This document shows, one piece after another, positions 1 to 7,801 of a stretch of DNA of 32,000 bases (position 1 is its first letter; each line of letters begins with the position of its first letter). The position numbers and the translations under genes are program-made. The DNA comes from Massilicoli timonensis (GTDB lineage: Bacteria > Bacillota_I > Bacilli_A > Erysipelotrichales > Erysipelotrichaceae): positions 114,057 through 146,056 of the forward strand of contig NZ_LT963434.1 in assembly GCF_900199515.1 (NCBI RefSeq), written 5' to 3'. The notes under the pieces are model-generated. The model did no database searches, was not told where the DNA came from, and worked only from the letters and a program-made list of their open reading frames with translations.

Positions 1-743
1 CCTCCAGTTACGATATCGCCAATTTAGCGGCGGACATGCATATTGATCTAGATGATCTGAAGGCGGTTATCGCAAGCCTGCATGAATTTAACCCGATGAT
101 GGGACATCGCGGCTGTCGTTTGGCGATCTCTTATCCGGAAATTGCGGAAATGCAGACGACGGCGGTCATCGAAGCGGCGATCAATGTTGCGAAGAAACAT
201 CCGGAATGGCATTTGACGCCGGAAATCATGATTCCGCTGGTAGGCGATGTGAACGAGCTGCGCTTTGTGAAAAACATCGTTGTCAAAGTGGCAGATGAAC
301 TGATCGCAAAAGCCGGAATCGACATGAAGTATCTGGTCGGTACAATGATCGAAATTCCGCGTGCTGCGCTTTTAGCGGATGAGATCGCCGAAGAAGCAGA
401 ATTCTTCTCATTCGGCACCAATGACCTCACGCAGATGACATTTGGCTTCTCACGTGATGACGCCGGCAGTTTCTTAAACGACTACTACGACAAAAAGATC
501 TATGAACAGGATCCGTTTGCGAAATTCGACCAGCACGGTGTCGGCAAACTGGTTGCCAATGCCGCGAAATTAGGACGTGCGACGCGTGAGGATATCCATT
601 TGGGTGTTTGCGGAGAACATGGCGGTGATCCTGCATCGATCGAGTTCTTCCATAAAGTAGGATTGGATTATGTATCATGCAGTCCGTTCCGTGTACCGAT
701 CGCAAGATTGGCAGCGGCACAGGCAGCGATCAAAAACAAATAA
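1..743 (+). CDS. ppdK: pyruvate,phosphate dikinase, C-terminal part (5' end lies outside the window)
   Basis: The frame is open from the window edge (codon phase of nt 3) to TAA at 741-743. The translation carries the PEP-utilising C-terminal barrel motifs GHRGCRL, FFSFGTNDLTQMTFGFSRDD and CGEHGGDP. The ATG at 36 in the ORF track is internal. Confidence 0.9.
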   Translation, partial: SSYDIANLAADMHIDLDDLKAVIASLHEFNPMMGHRGCRLAISYPEIAEMQTTAVIEAAINVAKKHPEWHLTPEIMIPLVGDVNELRFVKNIVVKVADELIAKAGIDMKYLVGTMIEIPRAALLADEIAEEAEFFSFGTNDLTQMTFGFSRDDAGSFLNDYYDKKIYEQDPFAKFDQHGVGKLVANAAKLGRATREDIHLGVCGEHGGDPASIEFFHKVGLDYVSCSPFRVPIARLAAAQAAIKNK

Positions 744-871
744 AAGCAATCTTTCAAACTGATGGCCGGGGGTGGTAAACATCTTCGGCCTATCATTTTC
801 AGGGGAGAAACTACATGCGTCGATCGTTGAAAAAACGATCATCGTGCTGCATTCTAAAAAGGAGGGATACA

Positions 872-2794
872 ATGTATTTCAAGACAACGCAGGAACACGA
901 AAAACTTCGCGCTGACATCCGGGAATGGGCAGAAAAAGAGATCAAGCCTTATGTCTTTATGCTGGATCAAAACAATCAGTTTCCTAAGGAACAAATCAAG
1001 GATTTTGGAAAACGCGGCTATTTGGGACTGCCATATCCGAAAGAATACGGCGGCATGGGCAAAGATATTTTAAGCTATGCCATCGGTGTAGAGGAACTAT
1101 CGCGTGTGGACGGCGGAACCGGCGTCATTTTATCGGCCCATGTCTCTTTAGGCGCTTATCCTATTTTCGCTTATGGTACAGAGGAACAAAAGCAGAAATA
1201 TCTGGTGCCTTTGGCAAAGGGAGAAAAACTGGGCGCTTTCGGTTTGACGGAGCCAAACGCAGGATCTGATGCGGGCGGTACGGAAACGACAGCAGAGCAC
1301 ATGGGCGATCATTATCTTTTGAACGGGGAAAAGATCTTTATTACCAATGGCGAAGAAGCGGATATTTATGTCGTGTTCGCAGTAACGACCCCGGGTATCG
1401 GAACCAGAGGCATCAGCGCCTTTATCGTGGAAAAAGGTTGGGAAGGATTTACCTTCGGTGATCATTACGATAAGATGGGCATTCGCTCCTCAGCAACGGC
1501 ACAGCTGTTGTTTGATAACGTGAAGGTGCCTAAGGAAAACCTGCTCGGCAAAGAAGGACAGGGCTTTAAGATCGCCATGTCGACGCTTGATGGCGGACGC
1601 ATCGGTATCGCGGCACAGGCGCTCGGCATTGCGCAGGGTGCCTATGAAGCGGCTGTTTCCTATGCGAAAGAGCGAGAACAGTTCGGGGCGCCGATCGCGC
1701 AGCTGCAAGCCATTCAGTTCAAGATCGCGGAGATGGCTACCAAGATACGTGCCGCTCGATTTATGGTATATAGTGCCGCTGAGTTAAAAGAGCATCATGA
1801 GCCATATGGCATGGAAGCAGCCATGGCGAAAAAATATGCTTCAGATATCTGCCTAGAAGTAGTAAATGAGGCTTTGCAGGTATATGGCGGCAGCGGTTAT
1901 CTCAAAGGAATGGAAGTAGAACGCTTCTATCGTGATGCGAAGATCTGTACGATCTATGAGGGCACCAATGAGATCCAAAGTGTGGTCATCGCTTCTCATA
2001 TCTTAGGCAAGGCTGCCAAACCGAGCAGCGCACCGCTCAAGGTACAGAAGAAAACCGCTGTAACCGGTCCGCGCAAGAACATCATATTCAAGGATGGAAC
2101 GGCGAAAGAACAAGTGAAGCAGCTGGTTGAAGCGCTGAAAGCGGACGGTCATGACTTTACTGTGGGAATTGATCTGCATACGCCGATCGTTGAAGCAGAA
2201 CGCGTGGTCAGCGCCGGTAAGGGCATTGGCAGCAAGAAAAATATGAAGCTGATCGAAGATCTGGCTTTAGCAGCAGGAGCAGCCATCGGTTCTTCACGAC
2301 CGGTTGCAGAACAGTTGGGTTATTTGCCGATCGATCGCTATGTGGGCATGAGCGGGCAGAAATTCAGCGGTAATCTGTATATTGCCTGCGGTATTTCCGG
2401 TGCGGTGCAGCACTTAAAGGGCATCAAGGATGCGGCGACCATCGTGGCGATCAATAAGAAAGCCGGCGCACCGATCTTCAAGAATGCCGATTATGGTATC
2501 GTAGGCGATGTCAATGAGATCTTGCCTTTGTTGAGCGAGGCGCTTTCTGTGGGCGGAGAAAAGAAACCGGCACCGCCGATGGTCAAGATGAAACGCAAAG
2601 TAGTGAAAGAGGCACCGGCTGCGCCGATCGGACGCTATGTCTGCATGGGCTGTGGATATGAATATATACCGGAACTGGGAGATGAAGCCGGAGATGTCGC
2701 ACCGGGAACGAAATTCGCCGATCTTTCACAAGAATGGGTATGTCCGGAATGCGGTGAGGAAAAAGCAAGCTTTATCCCGTCCGGGAAAGAATGA
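872..2794 (+). CDS. fusion protein: acyl-CoA dehydrogenase + ETF-alpha C-terminal FAD domain + rubredoxin
   Basis: ATG at 872 follows AAAAGGAGGG (857-866); the track start at 815 has no RBS. The N-terminal ~380 aa form a complete short-chain ACAD (GLTEPNAGSD, catalytic-base context CTIYEGTNEIQ). The region from about residue 440 to 575 matches the ETF-alpha FAD domain (SSRPVAEQLGYLP, LYIACGISGAVQHLKGIKDA, IVAINKKAGAPIF). The last ~50 aa are a rubredoxin with two Cys pairs (CMGCG and CPECG). Confidence 0.85.
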   Translation: MYFKTTQEHEKLRADIREWAEKEIKPYVFMLDQNNQFPKEQIKDFGKRGYLGLPYPKEYGGMGKDILSYAIGVEELSRVDGGTGVILSAHVSLGAYPIFAYGTEEQKQKYLVPLAKGEKLGAFGLTEPNAGSDAGGTETTAEHMGDHYLLNGEKIFITNGEEADIYVVFAVTTPGIGTRGISAFIVEKGWEGFTFGDHYDKMGIRSSATAQLLFDNVKVPKENLLGKEGQGFKIAMSTLDGGRIGIAAQALGIAQGAYEAAVSYAKEREQFGAPIAQLQAIQFKIAEMATKIRAARFMVYSAAELKEHHEPYGMEAAMAKKYASDICLEVVNEALQVYGGSGYLKGMEVERFYRDAKICTIYEGTNEIQSVVIASHILGKAAKPSSAPLKVQKKTAVTGPRKNIIFKDGTAKEQVKQLVEALKADGHDFTVGIDLHTPIVEAERVVSAGKGIGSKKNMKLIEDLALAAGAAIGSSRPVAEQLGYLPIDRYVGMSGQKFSGNLYIACGISGAVQHLKGIKDAATIVAINKKAGAPIFKNADYGIVGDVNEILPLLSEALSVGGEKKPAPPMVKMKRKVVKEAPAAPIGRYVCMGCGYEYIPELGDEAGDVAPGTKFADLSQEWVCPECGEEKASFIPSGKE

Positions 2795-2810
2795 TGAGGA
2801 GGAATAGATC

Positions 2811-4016
2811 ATGAGCAGTGTAAGAAAAGTAACAGAAAACTTATATTGGGTCGGCGTCAATGACAAACGCCTGCATCTGTTTGAAAACATTCATCCGATT
2901 CCTCGAGGAGTGTCTTATAACTCCTATGTGCTGCTGGATGAGAAGAGTGTTCTTTTTGACACCGTTGACTGGTCCGGCTGCCGGGAATTCTTGCATCATG
3001 TAAAAGAGGTATTGGACGGCAGAAGCCTGGATTATTTGGTGATCAACCATATGGAGCCGGATCATGCGGCTTCGATGGAGGAAGTACTGATCCGCTATCC
3101 GAACTGTAAAGTTATCAGCAATGAAAAAGCATTTCTGTTCATGCGGCAGTTTGGATTTGATTTAGATGGCAGAATGATCGAGGTAAAAGAAGGAGATACG
3201 TTCTGCTTTGGCAAGCATACGGTAACCTTTGTCTTTGCCCAGATGGTACACTGGCCGGAAGCCATGGTAACCTTTGATATGACAAACGGCGTCCTGTTCT
3301 CGGCCGATGCTTTCGGAAGTTTCGGCTCATTGGATGGAAAACTGTTTGATGATGAGGTGAATTTTGATCGCGACTGGATCGACGACGCCAGAAGATATTT
3401 CTGTAATATCGTCGGCAAATACGGTCCGTTCGTGCAGCAATTATTGAAGAAAGCATCGACGGTGCCGATCAAGATGTTCTGTCCGCTTCATGGACCGGTA
3501 TGGCGCAATGACCTTGGCTATTATTTGGATAAGCATGACAAGTGGAGCCGCTATGAACCAGAGGAGAAGGGCGTATTGATCGTTTATGCCTCTATGTATG
3601 GCAATACAGAAGCAGCTGCACAGGCGCTGGCTTCCAAGCTTTGTGAGAAGGGCATATGCAATGTTGCGGTATATGATGTATCCGTTACGCACGTATCCTA
3701 TCTGGTAGCGGAAGCGTTCAAGTACAGCCATATCGTTTTGGCATCTTGTACGTATAATCTTCAGATTTATCCGATGATGTACGATTTCCTTCATCATTTG
3801 AAGATACTGAACTTCCAGAAGCGCACCTTCGGTATCATTGAAAATGGTACCTGGGCGATCAAGGCCGGAGATCTCATGCGCAGCTTTATCGAGCATGAAC
3901 TGAAGGAATGTCTGGTGCTGGATGAACAGGTTTCCGTCAATTCTTCGATGAAGGAAAGCAATAAAACGGAGCTTGATGCACTGGCTGATACCTTGATCGA
4001 TTCTATTCAAAAATAA
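2811..4016 (+). CDS. flavodiiron protein (A-type flavoprotein; metallo-beta-lactamase-like diiron domain + flavodoxin domain)
   Basis: RGVSYNSYVL and the HMEPDHAAS (H-x-E-x-D-H) diiron ligand motif sit in the N-terminal half. The flavodoxin motif VLIVYASMYGNTEAAA sits in the C-terminal half. The RBS is GAGGAGG, and the gene starts 16 nt after the upstream stop. Confidence 0.85.
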   Translation: MSSVRKVTENLYWVGVNDKRLHLFENIHPIPRGVSYNSYVLLDEKSVLFDTVDWSGCREFLHHVKEVLDGRSLDYLVINHMEPDHAASMEEVLIRYPNCKVISNEKAFLFMRQFGFDLDGRMIEVKEGDTFCFGKHTVTFVFAQMVHWPEAMVTFDMTNGVLFSADAFGSFGSLDGKLFDDEVNFDRDWIDDARRYFCNIVGKYGPFVQQLLKKASTVPIKMFCPLHGPVWRNDLGYYLDKHDKWSRYEPEEKGVLIVYASMYGNTEAAAQALASKLCEKGICNVAVYDVSVTHVSYLVAEAFKYSHIVLASCTYNLQIYPMMYDFLHHLKILNFQKRTFGIIENGTWAIKAGDLMRSFIEHELKECLVLDEQVSVNSSMKESNKTELDALADTLIDSIQK

Positions 4017-4095
4017 GCTTTGAACATGTAAACGAACAATCATGACAGCGTTTGTGCGCTGTATGAGAAACGTACATAGCAAACAAGTAAGCAGT

Positions 4096-4128
4096 AAGAT
4101 CTGGCCTTTGAAACGGTCAGATCTTTTC
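4096..4128 (+). terminator. intrinsic terminator downstream of the flavodiiron gene
   Basis: AAGATCTGGCC / GGTCAGATCTT forms an 11-bp stem with one G-U pair and an 8-nt loop, followed by TTTT. Confidence 0.55.
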
Positions 4129-4201
4129 ATTATGGAAAAGCAGTGAAACAGAAGATCGGCAGATTTCTTATCCATACAAGCAGCATTCTGCCTTTCGTCC
4201 A

Positions 4202-4256
4202 GTTAAGAAATCGTTAAGAAATAGCACCGCTTTTTGTTAAGAAAAACAGGTTAAAC
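4202..4256 (+). promoter_or_regulatory. three exact GTTAAGAAA direct repeats plus one GTTAAAC half-copy upstream of the TVP38 gene
   Basis: Exact 9-mers lie at 4202-4210, 4213-4221 and 4236-4244, with start-to-start spacings of 11 and 23 nt. A partial copy lies at 4250-4256. The array lies roughly 20-75 nt upstream of the ATG at 4277. Confidence 0.5.
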
Positions 4257-4276
4257 TAATAGCAGAGGTGGTCATC

Positions 4277-4918
4277 ATGAGATGGAAAAACTTATTGTCG
4301 GCAGGCATCTTATTTGGACTTTTCGCGCTGCTTGCTGTTACCTGCATTGACTGGGAAGCCTGTGCCGGTTGGTTTTATACGCTGCCAAAAGGCATACGGG
4401 AGGCCGCTTTTGTGCTGGCGAATGCCGTCCAGATCGTTTTTGCGTTTCTGCCGGGAGAGCCGCTGGAATTGGCGGCCGGTTATCTGTTCGGTGCGGAAAT
4501 GGGAACTTTGATCTGTCTGTTTGGATCGGCTTTGGGAACACTCGCTATCTGGGTGCTGGTAAAGCTGTTTCAACGCCCGATCCTTCATTTTTTCTTTCAG
4601 GAAGAAAAGCTGCGGGAATGGGAAACGGTGATGCGAAAACATCATGGATATTGGTGGATGTTTTTACTGTTTCTGATTCCGGGATCACCGAAGGATCTCA
4701 TGACCTATACGCTGGCACTGAAAGAGAAGGGGATGTGGAAATGGACTTTCCTCATAACGATCGGCAGGATCCCAAGCATCATAACTTCTACCTATTTAAG
4801 CGGCTCAGTAGCGGAACAGAACTATATCCTGGCAGGCTCTGTCTTTTTGATCACCATGCTACTAGTGGGGAGCGGGATCACTTACCTGCGTTACTTGAAA
4901 GGAGCGAAACGGACATGA
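4277..4918 (+). CDS. TVP38/TMEM64-family membrane protein (DedA superfamily, VTT/SNARE-associated domain)
   Basis: The protein is multi-pass hydrophobic, with FLPGEPLELAAGYLFG and LIPGSPKDLMTY motifs typical of the family. ATG at 4277 lies 6 nt after GAGGTG; the GTG at 4268 used by the track overlaps that SD. Confidence 0.75.
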   Translation: MRWKNLLSAGILFGLFALLAVTCIDWEACAGWFYTLPKGIREAAFVLANAVQIVFAFLPGEPLELAAGYLFGAEMGTLICLFGSALGTLAIWVLVKLFQRPILHFFFQEEKLREWETVMRKHHGYWWMFLLFLIPGSPKDLMTYTLALKEKGMWKWTFLITIGRIPSIITSTYLSGSVAEQNYILAGSVFLITMLLVGSGITYLRYLKGAKRT

Positions 4919-4989
4919 TGTCTCTATGTGTGATCAGTATTTGTATGATCCTGACATTTGCAGGATTCGTCATTCATGGTGTAGAATAA
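4915..4989 (+). CDS. candidate 24-aa hydrophobic micropeptide (MMSLCVISICMILTFAGFVIHGVE)
   Basis: Its ATG overlaps the TVP38 stop (ATGA at 4915-4918). AAAGGAG at 4898-4904 lies 10 nt upstream. The peptide forms a single predicted TM helix, and the ORF ends 18 nt before the response-regulator start. It is too short to judge by composition. Confidence 0.35.
   Translation: MMSLCVISICMILTFAGFVIHGVE
4958..4987 (+). promoter_or_regulatory. possible internal sigma-A-type promoter for the RR-HK pair
   Basis: TTGCAG, an 18-nt spacer, then TAGAAT. It lies inside the candidate micropeptide ORF, so both readings cannot be judged independently. Confidence 0.3.
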
Positions 4990-5007
4990 ATAAAAGGAGC
5001 AAGGAAA

Positions 5008-5709
5008 ATGAAACATCAGATTTTAGTAGTAGAAGATGAAGCGGGGATTCGTGAAGCGATAGCCATTTATCTGCGCACCCAGGGATATGAAGTGGCAGAA
5101 GCGGGAAATGGGGAGGAGGCACTTGCTTATATTGAAGCGAATGAAGTGCATTTGGCAGTGGTGGATATTATGATGCCGGTCATGGATGGAATTGAAATGG
5201 TAAAACGGGTAAGAGAACACTATGATTTTCCGATCATATTTTTGAGTGCCAAATCGCAGGATATTGATAAGATCAACGGACTGCAGATCGGTGCCGATGA
5301 TTATATGACCAAGCCGTTTGGCTCTATGGAACTGATCGCCCGCGTTCATGCGTGTTTAAGGCGTTATGAACAGATCTTGTCGCTAAGACAGGAAAAAGAG
5401 GATGATGGGGTGCTTCATGTCGGTGCCTTGGAGCTGAATACGTTAAGCAAGCAAGCCAAGGTAAACGGACATACGCTGTCCCTTAGACCGAAGGAATACC
5501 AGATCTTAGCGCTGTTGATGGCACATCCGGGACAAGTCTACTCGGCTCAGCAGATTTATGAAGCGATCTGGAAAGAAGAAGCGATCAATACGGAAACGAT
5601 CATGGTGCATATCCGCAAGCTGCGTGAGAAGATCGAAGCGGATCCGAAGCGGCCGCAGTATTTGAAAGTCGTTTGGGGAATCGGCTATAAGATAGAGAAA
5701 GACAGGTGA
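5008..5709 (+). CDS. OmpR/PhoB-family response regulator
   Basis: The receiver domain has ILVVEDE, VVDIMMPVMDG and TKPF. The C-terminal winged-helix domain has RPKEYQILALL and LKVVWGIGYK. The RBS is AAAGGAG. Confidence 0.9.
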   Translation: MKHQILVVEDEAGIREAIAIYLRTQGYEVAEAGNGEEALAYIEANEVHLAVVDIMMPVMDGIEMVKRVREHYDFPIIFLSAKSQDIDKINGLQIGADDYMTKPFGSMELIARVHACLRRYEQILSLRQEKEDDGVLHVGALELNTLSKQAKVNGHTLSLRPKEYQILALLMAHPGQVYSAQQIYEAIWKEEAINTETIMVHIRKLREKIEADPKRPQYLKVVWGIGYKIEKDR

Positions 5710-5713
5710 GGAA

Positions 5714-7741
5714 ATGAAAGGGAAAAAATGGATCAGCTTTTTGGTCGTTTGTATATGCGCGCTTGTAAGCATGGGCATCTTATCCTTTTATGATCGGGTA
5801 GAGGGAAACGCTAAAAGCACGCATGACAGCTTAGAAAGGCGTCTGGAAGAAGAACTGCCTTATGTGGCGATGGCGCTGCTTCGGGAAATCGATCCGGATT
5901 ATGAGGCAGTGCGCTTTCATGAAGATGTGAGTGATGAAGTCAAGGAAGAGGTCGATTACTATATCAATCGCCGCCTCACCTATGCGCGGTCGATCTTACA
6001 GGATGAAAATTTACAATATCGCATTTATGATGAAAAAGGAAAGACACAGCTGCAGTCAAAGACATATGTAAGCGAGAAAGAAGCGTTGTTTGATGAGGAT
6101 TACGAATTTGATGAAAACGGTGCTTCACTTGATTCGCTGTATGTTTCTTATCTTTATCATGATGCGGCATTGATCAATTACAGCAGTTACTTTGATTTTT
6201 ATCTTCCGCAGGATCTCGTTTTGAATATTCGTGTTCCAAGCGATTATGTAAAAAACAATTTGTTGATGCAGACGCTGATCGAGGACTGGCAAAACTATGC
6301 GCCGTTTTCAGCGGTCATGATCTTGGGTGCTTCCGTCCTGATCCTGCTTGTCATGCTGGTCGTGCCATGCCGGCTGTTAAAGGAAAGTGAACCTTTTGTT
6401 ACGCTGGCAAAGATCAAGGGAGAGCTTTTGATCATCGGTTACAGCACATTGATCTCTCTTGGGGCATTAGGTATCTTTGTGCTTTGCGGGTGCAGCATCG
6501 GCGGCAATTTCCAAACGATGTTAAAGGGACTGGGCATGATCAACAGCAAAGGTCTGCTGCTTGTCGTCAATGTAATCGCATGGACACTGTATCTATACTT
6601 GGTGGCATGTACTGTTTTTTCCATCAAATATATCTTTCATTTCGGTTTTGTACGCTATTTGAAAGAGCGCACGGTGATCGGCTGGGCTTACAGGCGTTTG
6701 GGTGATGCGATGAATGCGGTCAGCGAGATCGATTTGGCACAGAATGCGGATCGCAAGCTGTTAAAATTGATGCTTCTTCATGGCTTGCTCGTTGCGCTTC
6801 TTTGTTTCTTCTTTGTGTTTGGCGCTGTTTTGGCGTTCGTTTACGTACTGGTTTTATTTTTCTGGTGCAAGCGGAAGCTGCAAAAAATTCAGCTGGAATA
6901 CGAAGGAGTCTTACAGCAGGCGCATCAGATCGCCAGCTCTGATTTCAAAGAACCGATTGCGGTCAACAGCGTGATGTTCAGCAGCCTGCAAGCGGAGCTG
7001 CAAGGCGTACAGATCGGCTTTGCGCATGCGGTAGAAGAGGAAACCCGTTCGCAGAATATGAAGACAGAACTGATCAGCAATGTTTCACACGACCTAAAGA
7101 CGCCGCTTACCGGCATTATGAATTATGCGGAGCTATTGCAGCAGGACTCGATACCTGATGCACAGCGCATTGCATTCAGCAAGCAGTTGCACTTGTATGC
7201 CAAACGATTACAGGCGCTGATCGATGACCTTTTTGAGGTCAGCAAGGTAAACAGCGGCGACATCAGCTTAGATTTTGCGGAGTTAGATCTGGGTGCGCTG
7301 GTGCAGCAGGTATTGGCAGAAAACATGGATCTGTTTGAACAAAATCAGCTGGAGTTGATCGGTCATTATCCGGAGACACCGTGCATGGTTTTGCTGGATG
7401 GAAGCAAGACGTACCGTATTTTTGAAAATCTGTTTTCTAATATCGGCAAATATGCACTCCCCGGTACGCGTGTTTATCTCGATGTGGAGGATCTTGGTCA
7501 TGAGGTCCGCGTTACCTTGAGAAACATTGCGAAGGAAGCGATGCATTTCAATCCGGATGAAATTACGGAACGTTTTGTAAGGGGCGATCGTTCTCGTCAT
7601 GAAGAGGGCAGCGGTCTTGGCTTAGCGATCATCAAAAGCTTTACCGAAGTACAAAAGGGCTCTTTTCAGATCATTTTAGACGGTGATTTATTCAAGAGCG
7701 TGCTCGTCTTTGCGAAAGTGGATGAAAAAAGCATCGTTTGA
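5714..7741 (+). CDS. membrane sensor histidine kinase
   Basis: The H-box is SHDLKTPLT, with N-box (FENLFSNIGKYA) and G-box (GSGLGLAI) motifs. There is an N-terminal TM helix, a ~170-aa extracytoplasmic segment and a block of several further TM helices before the DHp domain. The gene starts 4 nt after the RR stop. Confidence 0.9.
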   Translation: MKGKKWISFLVVCICALVSMGILSFYDRVEGNAKSTHDSLERRLEEELPYVAMALLREIDPDYEAVRFHEDVSDEVKEEVDYYINRRLTYARSILQDENLQYRIYDEKGKTQLQSKTYVSEKEALFDEDYEFDENGASLDSLYVSYLYHDAALINYSSYFDFYLPQDLVLNIRVPSDYVKNNLLMQTLIEDWQNYAPFSAVMILGASVLILLVMLVVPCRLLKESEPFVTLAKIKGELLIIGYSTLISLGALGIFVLCGCSIGGNFQTMLKGLGMINSKGLLLVVNVIAWTLYLYLVACTVFSIKYIFHFGFVRYLKERTVIGWAYRRLGDAMNAVSEIDLAQNADRKLLKLMLLHGLLVALLCFFFVFGAVLAFVYVLVLFFWCKRKLQKIQLEYEGVLQQAHQIASSDFKEPIAVNSVMFSSLQAELQGVQIGFAHAVEEETRSQNMKTELISNVSHDLKTPLTGIMNYAELLQQDSIPDAQRIAFSKQLHLYAKRLQALIDDLFEVSKVNSGDISLDFAELDLGALVQQVLAENMDLFEQNQLELIGHYPETPCMVLLDGSKTYRIFENLFSNIGKYALPGTRVYLDVEDLGHEVRVTLRNIAKEAMHFNPDEITERFVRGDRSRHEEGSGLGLAIIKSFTEVQKGSFQIILDGDLFKSVLVFAKVDEKSIV

Positions 7742-7760
7742 TCATAAGCGGTGCTTTTTT
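7727..7760 (+). terminator. intrinsic terminator of the RR-HK operon
   Basis: AAAAGCATCG / CGGTGCTTTT forms a 10-bp stem with one G-U pair, followed by a T-run. It overlaps the HK stop codon. Confidence 0.5.
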
Positions 7761-7801
7761 CCTATTTGCTTCATTCAGCAAGCGTGCTGTATGATCGCAA
7801 T

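Noticed and set aside
763-800. A possible ppdK terminator (GATGGCCG...CGGCCTATC followed by ATTTT).
   Set aside because: The stem is bulged, the loop is long and the U-tract is short. It may work as a weak terminator, but the evidence is insufficient to list it as a feature.
815-871. N-terminal extensions in the ORF track: 815 for the ACAD fusion, 11755 for rluB, 14687 for murE, 19124 for nfnA, 18232 for the radical SAM gene, 11214 for spmB and 18312 for ygjP.
   Set aside because: In each case an internal ATG, GTG or TTG with a well-spaced GGAGG-type SD gives an N-terminus typical of the family. The extensions lack RBSs and encode atypical sequence.
3441-4175. A 244-aa minus-strand ORF overlapping the 3' half of the flavodiiron gene.
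   Set aside because: It is antisense to a gene with clear domain motifs. Its translation is low-complexity, Arg/Leu/Ile/Gln-rich and motif-free, and no RBS precedes it. It is a typical shadow ORF produced by the codon bias of the sense strand.
4369-4914. A 206-aa plus-strand ORF in an alternative frame across the TVP38 gene.
   Set aside because: It is out of frame with a well-supported membrane-protein gene, and its Gly/Arg-rich translation looks non-protein-like. Only its last 24 codons (4915-4989), which lie outside the TVP38 gene and have their own SD, were kept as a candidate.
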